A DNA stretch of 63,930 nt, counting the filler, from Phoronis australis (taxonomy: Eukaryota > Animalia > Phoronida): the NCBI GenBank assembly GCA_002633005.1. It is 3 parts of 3 records of this genome, joined end to end, with 100 filler letters (N's around TTAATTAATTAA, not from the genome) between each part and the next. Parts side by side here need not be neighbours in the genome. Positions count along the whole stretch, not along the records: positions 1 to 30,962 come from NMRA01000195.1; positions 31,063 to 59,270 come from NMRA01001085.1; 1 more part is not named here. One strand, written 5' to 3'. Below are positions 25,763-37,800 of the stretch, one piece after another. The position numbers and the translations under genes are program-made. Position 1 is the first letter of the stretch. Every line of letters starts with the position of its first letter. The notes under the pieces are model-generated. The model had not been told where the DNA came from and made no database searches. It saw only the letters and a program-made list of their open reading frames with translations.

Positions 25763-28700
25763 ATTTTTTTTTCTTCATAATTTTATTCTTCAATAATATA
25801 CATTGATAATTTTTAAAGGGTGAAAGGGTGAACAAGGAAAAGGGGCAAGGACTTTCACTCGCACACTCATTCACACAATTCTTCATTTAATGATAATACC
25901 ACTAAACAATATATGAGTTAAGTATATTACAGATATTACAGATTCATTGCATGGCAGCACTGAGGCTCTCCCACATTTTAATATTAATATTGTCCGGTTC
26001 TTTTTGTTTTTGAAAATTAAATATTGAAATTTTAATATATTTTGACATGAATATTTTAAGGGCAGACCAATCTGGATGAAAGTGCTGTTGGCTACGTAAA
26101 TAAATAAAATATTGGGCGATAGTGATAACATAATTAATCAACAGGGAGAATTCAGAACCTAAATGGCAAAACATGATTTCATTTTTGGTTATTTTGACTT
26201 CTTCCTTAAGGGAAGATGTCAAAATATCCTGAACATTAATCAACAATCTTTGCACTACATCACAAAGGAAAAACATGTGTTCAGTACTCTGTACTAGATT
26301 ACAATAGGGACATTTATCTGAATTAACAATCTTCATCATATATAACAAAGAGTTAGTATACACTCTGTTATGTAACAACATATGCTTAAAAGATTTAATG
26401 CATGGTTCGAGGGGAAGTGTAAAAGGCAAGGAATAAATTTTTCGGATATCTTGTTTGGAGTAATGCTGCAACAATTTTTCATAATTGTCTGGTTTTTTGC
26501 AATACTTTTGTATCAAAATACTCTTGATTTTTTCTTTTGGAATTTTATTATAATCTAAGCAAATTTTATTGTTGCAGCCAACCAATCGCTGATGACCTTG
26601 ATCAATTTTTCTAGATAAAACAATACATATTGAATTAAAACTCAGAATTTGAGAATTTACCAATTTATATTTTGCCTTGAGCACCTCCCACGATAAAAGC
26701 TTATTTTCAGCATCAAGAAAGTCATTGATGAAACATAGCCCATTCTTAGCAAACTCTTTATAATATAGTGACTTATTATTAAGTGTTATCTCTCTGTTAT
26801 GCCATATAATCTGATCACAAACAGGTACATCTTTGAAAGCATTATGATTCAACTGTTCACTCACCGACAAAACCTCTCTATAAAAAACATCATTTACTGT
26901 TCTACATAGTTTGCTTACTTTAAAATTACATGACCACAACAGTTCACCACCATAATTCTTGAGGATATATTGTGGATAAAACTTCCAACTTCCACGTTCA
27001 GGAGACTGAAGTCTTTTAACCCAGTTGACTAAAAGGCCTTCCTTTATAAGGGTCATGTCAGGAAATTTTAAACCACCATCTTCATGAGAAGCCATTGCAA
27101 CGCTTTTCTTTATTTTAGGTGGTTTCCCTGCCCAAATAAAATCATTTAAAATTTTATCTATTCGTTTGCACAAATCCCTTGTCAATCCAAGGACAGATAT
27201 AACGTGAATCAATTTGGGTAGCGCAAAAGCTTTAGTTATGACAATTCTTCCCTTAATTGTTAATTTTCTTGTTTTCCAAATATTTAGAACTTTCCTAAGT
27301 TTCGAAATTTTTTCTTCAAAATTTTGCTCATTTTTTTCTTTTTCATATTTACCGAAGTAAACGCCCAGACATTTAATATTTCTTTTTGGCCAATTTATAT
27401 CATACATTTTCTTAAGTTCAAACTGGTGACCTAAAAACATTCCTTCGCATTTTCGCTTATTTAGTTTAAGACCAGACACGTCACCAAATCTTGTACGAAA
27501 TTTAAAGCATTCTGTTCCTGAAACTTCATCCCGAATGAATAAAATTGTATCATCAGCATACTGGACTATTTTTACTTCATTCCCATCAATACACAATCCT
27601 TTGAGTAAGGGGTTATTTCTAATGTAATGGCTCATGAGCTCCACACACAGTATAAACAATTGACTACTTAAGGGATCCCCTTGACGAAGACCTCTCTTAA
27701 CATTAAAATAACCACATGTAAATCCGTTGTTTTGAACACAAGACACAATATCGTTATATATTGTTTTTATACGGTGAATAAATTTGGGACCAAATTTAAA
27801 GGCCAGAAGGGTTTTCTGAAGAAAGGACCAATTTAAAATGTCATACGCTTTCTTAAAATCTAAGAATATAATTTGTCCATTGAGATTTTTATTTGTACAA
27901 TACGATATTATGTCCTGAATTAATCTAATATTTTGACCAATAAATCGTTTTGAAACAGCCGTTTGGTCTGGATGAATAAGCTTATGAATGTACTTANGAG
28001 ATTTTTATTTGTATAATACGATATTATGTCCTGTATTAATCTAATATTTTGACCAATAAATCGTTTTGAAACATCCGTTTGGTCTGGATGAATAAGCTTA
28101 TGAATGTACTTATTTAGTCGATTGGCAATAACCTTTGTAAATAATTTGTAATCGCAATTTAATAACGAAATTGGTCGCCAATTTTCCAGATTTTTTAATT
28201 CCTCTGTATTTGTACTTTTGGGGATAAGTGTAATGACACTTTGTCTTTGGGACGTTGAAAATTTTCCTGTTTTAAAACTATAATTTATACATTCCAAAAG
28301 GTACAGTTTAATAGTATCCCAAAATGTTTTATAAAATTCATATCCTAAACCGTCATTGCCTGGTGTTTTATAATTTTGGGATTGTTTTAAGGCTTCATAG
28401 AGTTCATCTTCTGTGAGCTCTTGTTCTAATAATAAGGACTGGTCAGTACTTTATTACTAGGAAGAGTGAATATGTCAGGGAAATTAATATCCTCATAGTC
28501 TTTTTCAGAATAAAGAGCCTCATAGAAAGCTTGTTGAATGTTTTGTATCTCTTTTGGATCTTGGGTAACCCTACCATTTGACTCCAGTTCTATAATATGT
28601 TTTTTACCATGGTTACGTTTTTTGAGATTTAAAAAATATTTAAGAGTTTTTTTTCACCTTCTTCCGCCCACTGAGCTTTACTTCTAACAATACTACCTTT

Positions 28701-29790
28701 TATTACTTGAGTTTGTAAAATTTCTGGGTTTAATTTACATTTCTTTAATTCACACTGCAACGGGTGATTTCTTGATTCTTTTTCGACTTGTGCAGTTAAT
28801 TTATTTATTTTATCTACTAATAACCGTTCCTGTTGTCTATTTCTAGCACGTACACGTTTTGAAATTTGTATGGACTTCTGTCTAATTTTCATTTTTAAAA
28901 TATCCCAAGACAAGTTTTTATCTTCTTGGTTCTCCGTCATGTGATGATCAGAAATAATTGTTTCGATCTCATCCACGTACTCCTTTATAAGAAGTAAGTT
29001 ATTATTTAATTTCCACAAACCCGGTCCTCGATGAGAGTTACCAATATTAACACTGAGCGTGATAGCTGAATGATCGGAATATATAAAATCATTAATTATA
29101 TTAGACTGACATCTTGAAGACATGACAATGTCAACTAGCCAATAGTCTAGTCTACTTTGAGCTTTTAATTGTTTGTATCTCCACGAGTACTTCCTTATCC
29201 CAGGGTTTCCCATCCTCCATACATCTATTAAACTAAAATTTCTACAGAAATTATGAATATTGTCAATAAGCTTTTTCTTATGGAGGATGTCAGTTACCCC
29301 AAGTTTGTCCAAGTCAGTGAGTGGGCAGTCAAAATCTCCAGCACAGAGGACATTACATAATTGGAGGTCACTCAATTCACTTTCAAGTCTAGACAGGAAG
29401 ATCAGTTGATTTCTTAAATCGTTTGGGAAATACACATCAACAAAAACGAAATCTTCCTCATAGAGTTTACATGAAACAATATTGAAGCGACCACTTTCAT
29501 CGTTTTTAACCACAATATTCCTAATGTTTTGCGAAATATTAGAATCAAATAATATTGTGGTTCCTCTACTATGTTTTGTTCCAAAGCTTGAAAAATTAAG
29601 ACCATTCCACTCTTTTTGCAGAATATGTTCAACTTCTGGACTAAAATATGTTTCCTGTAAATAAAAAATGTTGAATTTGCTATGTGATATGAAATTCAGT
29701 AAATGTTTCCACTTAATATCTGAATTTAATCCCCGGACATTTAAGGATACCAGTTTTATATTATTCATCTTCAAAACAATAGAGAACCTC
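25763..29790 (-). mobile_element. L1/Tx1-clade LINE: complete but frameshifted ORF2 (APE endonuclease, RT, C-terminal Zn knuckle), 3' UTR and poly(A)
   Basis: Shows SLNVRGLN, LQET, AGDFD, SRLDY, SDH, WKLN, NWRPISLLNCDYK, GLRQGDPLS, QYADD and CPYC..HMFFLC. Probable ATG at 29768, stop at 25944. AATAAA and an A-run near 25763-25790 on the minus strand. No ORF1. Confidence 0.93.
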
Positions 29791-30962
29791 AATGCCTACC
29801 CTCAAGAGAACTAATACAAAATATCAGGAAGAGATAACCAGGAAGGGACAACTAGCTAAACCGCCGTTTTTGGCCTCCTTCCCCGGACTAATTTCAGGAC
29901 TTAAGTTTCGTTTAAAAAGAAACAGATGATTTTATCAGAGAGATTAAAGCTTTTTCTATAGAAGGATATCAAAAAACTCACTTTTCAACCTTAAACAGTG
30001 GTGTAATTGTACTTTGAAAATATCGACTTCAGGGCACGCAATCGCAATTTCCCACACGCAGTCACGGGTATTTAAGCTTTTCCGTCGATGTATAGATGGC
30101 GCAGTAGTCAAGTACTCCCTCATTTGCATGTCAAATTTGCATGTGGGATTTCTGAGACTCTCGTCAGTTTAGTTGTTGTCGAGCGCTTGAGTGCATAAAG
30201 CGGTGACCTCCCGCTGAGAGCACGCGCTGACTAAGATACCACAGCTAACTCAATCGCTTCGCAATCAGGAGGTGAAAACACTCTCATGACCGCAGTTCTG
30301 AATTCCAGCTAAGCAAGCCCTATTTCGAGGAGCGGATTTGAATTGTTTTCGTCCCAAACTGTGGATTGCAGAGAAGATTAGAATGAGGTCAACATCGAAC
30401 TTTCTGCCGTTTTCAGTTCCTGAAATCCTTAGCCATTTCTGATACCTACTACTGATTCCGGAATGATAAAATTTCGTTCCATATTATTTTTCTGTACACT
30501 CACCAGCACAATCTGTTTTGAAACCAAACGCAGGGTCGGATCCAGGTTTTTTTTTAAAAAATGGGTTCAAATCAACAATTCGAAAATTCTAGATTTTACA
30601 TAACTAAAATCAAGGGAAAAAGGGATCCGGAACCCTTTTACCCCCCTGGAGCCGCCTATCAAACCGTGACAGTACGCTGCATGGATGGATATAGGGGGGT
30701 CCGAGGGGGCCCAGGGCTCCCTCATTCTGCACACGATTAAATAATGGCGCCGACCTTTCGTTTTCAGGGATGTCGCGAGGGTTTTTCCTACAAAAATTGA
30801 CGTCACGCCCCTTGCAAGGCTATTAGGAAGGTTTATCCTTCGGAAATTGAGGTCGGGGGCCCCCACTTCCATGGATCCGTCTATGGGTATGAGTTCTTTT
30901 TTAATAAATGTGATACCTTCAACACAGCATAAATTAAAAACAGAAATATAATGTTAAAAAGG

Positions 30963-31062
30963 NNNNNNNNNNNNNNNNNNNNNNNNNNNNNNNNNNNNNN
31001 NNNNNNTTAATTAATTAANNNNNNNNNNNNNNNNNNNNNNNNNNNNNNNNNNNNNNNNNNNN
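30963..31062. other. Artificial scaffold spacer
   Basis: 44 N + TTAATTAATTAA + 44 N, exactly 100 bp. Confidence 0.95.
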
Positions 31063-31539
31063 GCGCATTCGTAACGGAACTGTGGCTAAGTTTTGGCTCT
31101 CCCGCGATATCACAGGCGACCGGCAGTGGCGCTGCGCACTACGACTACGTTTCCGTCGTCTGCTCCACTGTGCAATGAAGAAGATTTACTTCATTTTTTA
31201 AAGAAAATGGAACCTGAGTGACGATGAAAAAACAGAAGCTGCTGGTAAGATGTGAATTTTAGTCGAAGCCTTAGTGAATCACTCAGAAACTCGCAATACT
31301 CTCTTTGTCAAACCATATCTTAAGAGGATTTCCAAAGCAATCCCGTCATTACTGCCAACACGAAAAACGGATTTGGTCTTTTGGGCATTTGAAGACTATT
31401 TTAAATACGACAAATTTTTTAAGAATTGATGACACAAAATATAAAACGTGTAATAAGCATTACAAAAAGAAGTAGGCTTCGCGCGCAAACGCTGTGGACC
31501 ATAAACAAGTAGGTCTCTTAACATGAGATTAGTAGTTAA

Positions 31540-31820
31540 ATCGTGGTGGTGTAGTGGTAACGCACGCACGCTCTATCCGCCATGTCGTGAGTTCGAGTCT
31601 TAGGTATTTGCAGTTTTTCCTGTTTGACACGTTCTCCGTGCTTCAGGAATCAAGGAAAATGCTTGATTTTTAGAGGTAAAAACATAAAAATTTCCCCCTT
31701 CCCGACCTCCCCCATTCGGTGCTATGCGCATCTACATGTACAATCGTGGTTCAGTTTGCGCAAATGCTTACAGACAAAATGTTGCCCCCCCTTGTGATAT
31801 CCTAGATCCGCCACTGAATA
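31540..31820 (+). repeat. Interspersed repeat with tRNA-like A box/B box and a hAT-like right end
   Basis: tggtgtagtgg ... gagttcgagtc, ending ctagatccgccactg. Inverted homolog at 1140-1420. Confidence 0.65.
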
Positions 31821-34800
31821 ACTTGAACATATCCATGAAAACCTCGTGGTTCGCTCGAGTTTCTCTCACTTGGCGCCATATTGAGGAAGTTACGTGAAAT
31901 CACGCCTGTTGACGACCAAAAAGTCCAAGGGACACAAATCTTAAAAAATTCACTTGATATTTTCTCATACTATTTTGCAAGTGTCACGGACCAGGTCACG
32001 CGCCAGGTCTCGCGCTAGCTTTTGCCTCATGCTCACCTGACTCAGTTGAAATCCTTTGTGGCTATCGCGCGCGCGGTCAAAGTTAACAGTAACCACAAAG
32101 TGGAGTTGGAATTCTTCGCCAAAGTCACGTGAATTCCCGTAGCTATGCTTCATCAAAGGTATGTTTAGAAGCAGAAAGGATCACTGAAGAAAGTAAGCGC
32201 AGTTTTAGTGATAATTTTAGGTGTAGAATGTATTTTTGACGAGATGAAAACTTATCAGTGAGCGGATTTCGCCCACCGCCCGTTTAAATTACACGGGATG
32301 AAATTAGCACAGAACGCGATAGAACGTATTGTAGTGCGAATCTGAATTTCATTTGGCATAACAGTAATGACTGTTTGGCATTTTTCAAACTAAACGACTA
32401 AAAACTCGAAGAAAATAACAGAATAAACTCTGCTACCGTATTGGGCAAATGGCCAAACAACAAGCTTTTGCCTCACTTCCCGTGACGTCACAGTTAAGTC
32501 TCACATAATCTCGCGTTATTGTTATAAAGTCGCGAAAGGACTAGTGGGACAGTTGTTCCTCTGTCGATGGTGAGTACATCCGGGGGTGGGGGGTGGGACG
32601 GGAGAACACTGGGCATGGAAAACAACGGTAACCGAACTGGGAGCATGGGACGGGGGAACATCAGATGGAAATCTGTGAAGGGTGAGGAGAATATGGGTAC
32701 ACGTACCAAGAAATACCGCTATGGAAACAATAAGGGGTCAACAAAAACACTTCTGACTAAAACATAAAAATATCCTTGTTTTCAAACTCAAGTTAAAATT
32801 GATTTTTTGTCATGCAAATAAAATATTTTGCAAGTTTGTCTACTTTGTACTTTTTAGAGGTTATCGCTTAGTTGTGCAAGCAGCATTTAACCTACTTCAC
32901 GTCAGCTTAAAACCCGAATTAACATGGATCTTATACAAGCATTAAATCTATCTTTTTGGAAGTGTTCGTAAATAGAACATTTCATGAAATGACATCAGTT
33001 AGTGTATGTGGTCTGGATTAAATATGTTTAATGATGATGACGATGATGATGATGATGATGGCGATCATAACAAAACTCAAAGGTGTGTACGACGTTTTCG
33101 AAACAGAATTAAAAAAACAGTATGATGTATAATTCATAGTTCAGAAACCACCATTCACCAATGGAAAGTTTGACCCGAACTAAAACCACAATAAATCAAT
33201 ATAATGTAAAAGTGCAAGTAACACGAGCTTTATTAGCACAATGAAAAGGTCAATATGGATTTTAAAAAACGATTAAAGATGCCCTTTTAGAAGCGTTACG
33301 AAATGAAACATAACTTGACAGAAACATATTACATTATGTGTGGAGTGAGTTCTTATACGATTCATGATAATTGTGACTGTGTGTACATATTCTTGTTACA
33401 GAAGAAAGTTTGACCTTAATTAAGTCACAAAATCACTGTTGTGAAAGCAGCTGCAAGTAACGCACTTATGTTTAAGTTCTAACAATGTTCGCTTATGCTT
33501 GCATGGTTTGTAATGGATAACAGCAAAACTCGAATGCTGGCGGTTCACAGTACAACTTAAGTTTGTTCATCATTCAACATGTTAACGAATACGGCCTTGA
33601 AAAGCAACTCAATTTCTTGGCTAGATGAGCAGCGCACAGAATACTTCTTGCTAAATAATGCTAAGATAGGAAAGCATAAAATCTGTTTTATTAAAAATCT
33701 GCATTTTTTGTAAAAAAAAAGATTTTTATGATTTCCCATGTGCTTTTTTTTAAAAAAATGTGGAATTTATTTTCAAATATGAAATTCTTTAGCCACAGGG
33801 AAAATGAATCTGCCCTCACCCCCACCACTGATATGGTCAGAGAATGAAAGATTAGAGCTACGGCCCACGGCCTATGTCGTAGCCGAGCGGAATACAACTA
33901 TATTCGTCATGTTCAGTACCGCGAACCTTGTCTGACGACTTCGTGACGCATTAATCTCGCTTGGCTGCCACTGACCTACACTGCAGCTTAGTTTTGAGAG
34001 TGAGCAGTGTACTCAGAAATAAAAAAACGAAACTATCGACGGGGACTTCGGGTACAGGTGAGCAAGTTTCGTGTAGCTTAAAAAACCCCAGATCGCTTAA
34101 TGGAACACTTGAACATTGTTGAAATATACAAATATTTGCATGCTCGTCTGATAAGCGTAAGTATGTCGTTTCAATAATTAGTAAAACAGAAAATGCGAGA
34201 AACTTTAATTAATCATTCAATTTCCTCAAAGAAAACACAAGCTTTCTACACGATGTGAAAATTACATTTTTACTAGACGGCTCATGTACAGTGCGACTCA
34301 AAAACAGGCGCAATTCAGCTTTTTTAAACTTAGAGTCAAAAAACAATTAATTGCATTTTTAATCTGCGTCAACACATGATGAAATTGGATTGTAGAAAAA
34401 TCGATTTTCGTGGGATGTTATGTTCCCACAATATCTCATTTTGTCTGACGTTGTCAGACAATAATTCTTAATTTTCTAGTTGTATACTTCGGGGAAAATG
34501 CCAGTGTCTTTTGACTTACACAAACTCATCATTAACTGGACCTCTTGTCAACAACTTAAATGTTGCGCCATAGGACATGTTCACTAAAAGTGCACACTGT
34601 ATCAAACATGAAGTTTACGTCACAGGTTCATCTCTTGCGTGGGGCCTGGTAGTAAACGGGCGCCTCTGCCACACGATGGCCACATACTGTACATGTACTT
34701 TATGTTTCGATGTAGTTAATCTAGTAGTGGAAACTATTGCTGTATCAACAAAGCAAAACAGGAATGCTGAGATACGATGAGAGGGTGAAGGGAAGTGGGA

Positions 34801-37800
34801 TATATTGAAAGTTTTTATCAGCTGGTGTAGAAAATGGAAAACAATTATAAAAACTAACGAGATGGTCATAATCAGCACCGCTACGGTGGCACAAACATGA
34901 TAGCCCAGAAAAGTTGTAGAAGCCATTTCGTCAGAATGCTATTTGAATGGACGTAAAAGACACAAAACACGAGTTTGAGTGATAACCATAAGACTGTTGT
35001 TTTCCATAGTTACTTGCCTCAGATGGCGTACATGTACGGAGTTGACGATGGTTGTCTCCTGAATTCTGAAAGGAGCATCAATGTTTGGTTCGTACGCCAT
35101 AGCAAAAGTGGTATCTCAGTTCGCGCACGCCTTTTGTTCTAAGTTACGGCTTGGAACAATACAAACCAAGTCTCATATTGTGTCCAGGATCACTGCTCTT
35201 GATAACATTTAGATTGCAGATGCTATAAAGCCTATTTGAGTGCAGCAAATCAAACAAAATAAGTTTGAAATTTGTGTTTGTTTTTTGAGATCAACTTATA
35301 TCTATAGAAAGACTTCGAGGCAAAATGGCTGAAGAACATCAGCTGAATGTAAATGTTTTTATTAAGTTTTCCACCAGACACGTGTTTCTATGGCCCAAAC
35401 TGAGAAAATATCAATTTTAAAACTAATGTTCACGAAAACCTCAGAGGTTCACAATGGTTAAAGGTAAAAAATCTTAAAATATTATATACCATAGTCATTT
35501 CCCTTTTTAAAAGAAAAACTTGTCGGAGTAATACAACTTTGTAAATCTAGCGCTGGTGACTATTAGCCAAATACGCTTACTTTCTTTGCAGAGTCTGTTT
35601 TAGTTCCGTTAGCAAAGCGGCGGACTGCGTTCGCTGAGGACAAACCCGTCTTGGGACTGATTTCATAAAAGAGCAAATTTTTCACCAATTGTGTCAATTA
35701 AATAAAGTCACTTCCCACATTGCGTGAAAGTGGAAAATTGCTGGAAGTGAAGCCACTGACTGATCAATTTCCAGTTGTCTCAAGAGAAAAGTTTGGTGAT
35801 CAGTGGCTGAGAATGTTCCGGTTTTGATATTTATCCGGCATTCTGTCAGCAAAGTCTTTACTTAAAGAGTGAATCATGTAGCGGAAGCCTAAATACTTCT
35901 GTACCACCTCTAAGTGCATAGATTACACGGTTTCATCTCGGAAATTATAGAAAAACACACAAGAAAAAGACGATAACTGGTCTGACAGATCGTAGAAAAT
36001 TGCCTTCAAAAACAAATAAAACAACTAAGCGCATGGAGCGTCTAAGACACATGTCGCAGTTGGACGTAATCTAGTTTGGTCGTTTATCAATTGATTCGTC
36101 ACTAAGTTGCTTTTAAACAGTTTAAATTAAGGACATTTTCTATCTAAAATGCAAAGTTTAGACTAGGTTACTCTGCAACATGAATCGTGATAGAAAACGA
36201 TTTCCAATTGCATATCATTAAGGTTATAACCAGTAAAATTAGACGTGGCAAGGTAAAGGGCAACCCTTCCAAAACAAGATCGGTTCATGTCAAACATAAA
36301 TGACTTTCCTATTTCTAATTATGGCAAAAACCAATTCTTTTCAGGACATCAAGAATTTTAAGCCATCTTGTCAGAACCTTTCCATTAACATCAAATTAAG
36401 ATCGTCGGCTAGGAAGAAATTGCAAATTCGGAATGCTAACAATATGTGTTTTCGACTAGATTCTTGAAACTCCCCAGAGTCAGACTAGACGAATTTTAGC
36501 GTAAACACTGATTGTAAACACTCTACTGGGACTTTGTGTAATTTTATATTTTAATTTATTAAAACCAACGACGCGCACAAGAATACAAATACAATGCAAC
36601 AACATTAATCGCAAGTCGATTTCCCTTGATACCGTGCAAGAATGCTCTAAAACTTGCCATGTGAGAATTACAAATTGTTAATGATAGTGATTTGCATGCC
36701 ATCGGGCAAATCAGCAAGCTTACGTTTGAATGCACGTGATTCATTTGGTCATTTGGGCTTCGCTGTCCCTTTTGGGAACAGTGAGAAAGGATACTTATGT
36801 TTCGCACGAGGACTCTATGAACCGATTTATCGTCGGGTGTATTAAGTGCAATTGCAATGCAAGTGTCTGCTTATTATGCGAAATTTTGGAACGTGTACTG
36901 TCCAAATATAAAGTGGCAAAACTATATTGATTGAATGAATCTTAAATTATTGTAATCTACAAACTTTATGTTCTGAAGCATAGTACGTGAACCAGCACTC
37001 AAGTTTAAGTACCATGCAAGTCACGTGATTACTCGTGTCTATTACACATGTCTATTACACATGTCTGATTTCTGGCCAATAGAAAGTCACTTTTATGACT
37101 GCTTTCATCCTGTAGCTTATTTCCCGATTTCATCAGAAGGTCGCCGGCTTATTGGTTTCGTTAGCATTGTTCTCTGGTGCATGAATGGTGGAATGCATTC
37201 CAAGAAAGAATTGAAAAAAATCAGTCACGGGCATCTATCTAATGGGAAGGCGATAATACGTCAAGGAACCCTATTGATTTTTGCAGCAGAAACGGCAGGC
37301 GACACTGGGCTCTGAATTATTTTTTAGTTGTTGAAATTTCACCACCTTAAGCCATTTTCGACCTCCTGACGTTTGTTTCACTGATGACTAAACAACGATT
37401 CAGAATTTCATAAAATTAAAACGAATCTTTTCATAAACTAATGTAAATCGTAAGGAATGCTGTTTCAGTACGACATGATATTTTTCAAGTAAACAAAATT
37501 AAGCATTGCATTTCTGATGGTGCACAACCAAAGTGATCGCCATGGCACAGTTGAAAACTTCGCTGACGGATTTTTTTAAGAAATAACAAAACTTGACAAC
37601 GAGTGGAGAGCGTCATGGTCCTGTTTTAGTTAATGGAACTCATTGCTTTTTGCGTTTGTGGTAATCGATTTTTTGGGTTTGAGACTCGATTATAGTTCGA
37701 TTTTGAATGACGCGGAGTCATCAACAGTGTTCGCTATGACACCTTCTGTCACAGCGCCATTTAGAATGTAAACGTCCCACTGTTAAATGATGATGAACGA

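Noticed and set aside
27882-28112. Duplication inside the LINE RT
   Set aside because: The copies flank a single N (27997). The artefact also creates apparent frameshifts.
34615-35101. Possible membrane-protein first exons on the minus strand
   Set aside because: Only a hydrophobic stretch is present, with a non-canonical GC donor and no homologous motif or downstream exons recognised.
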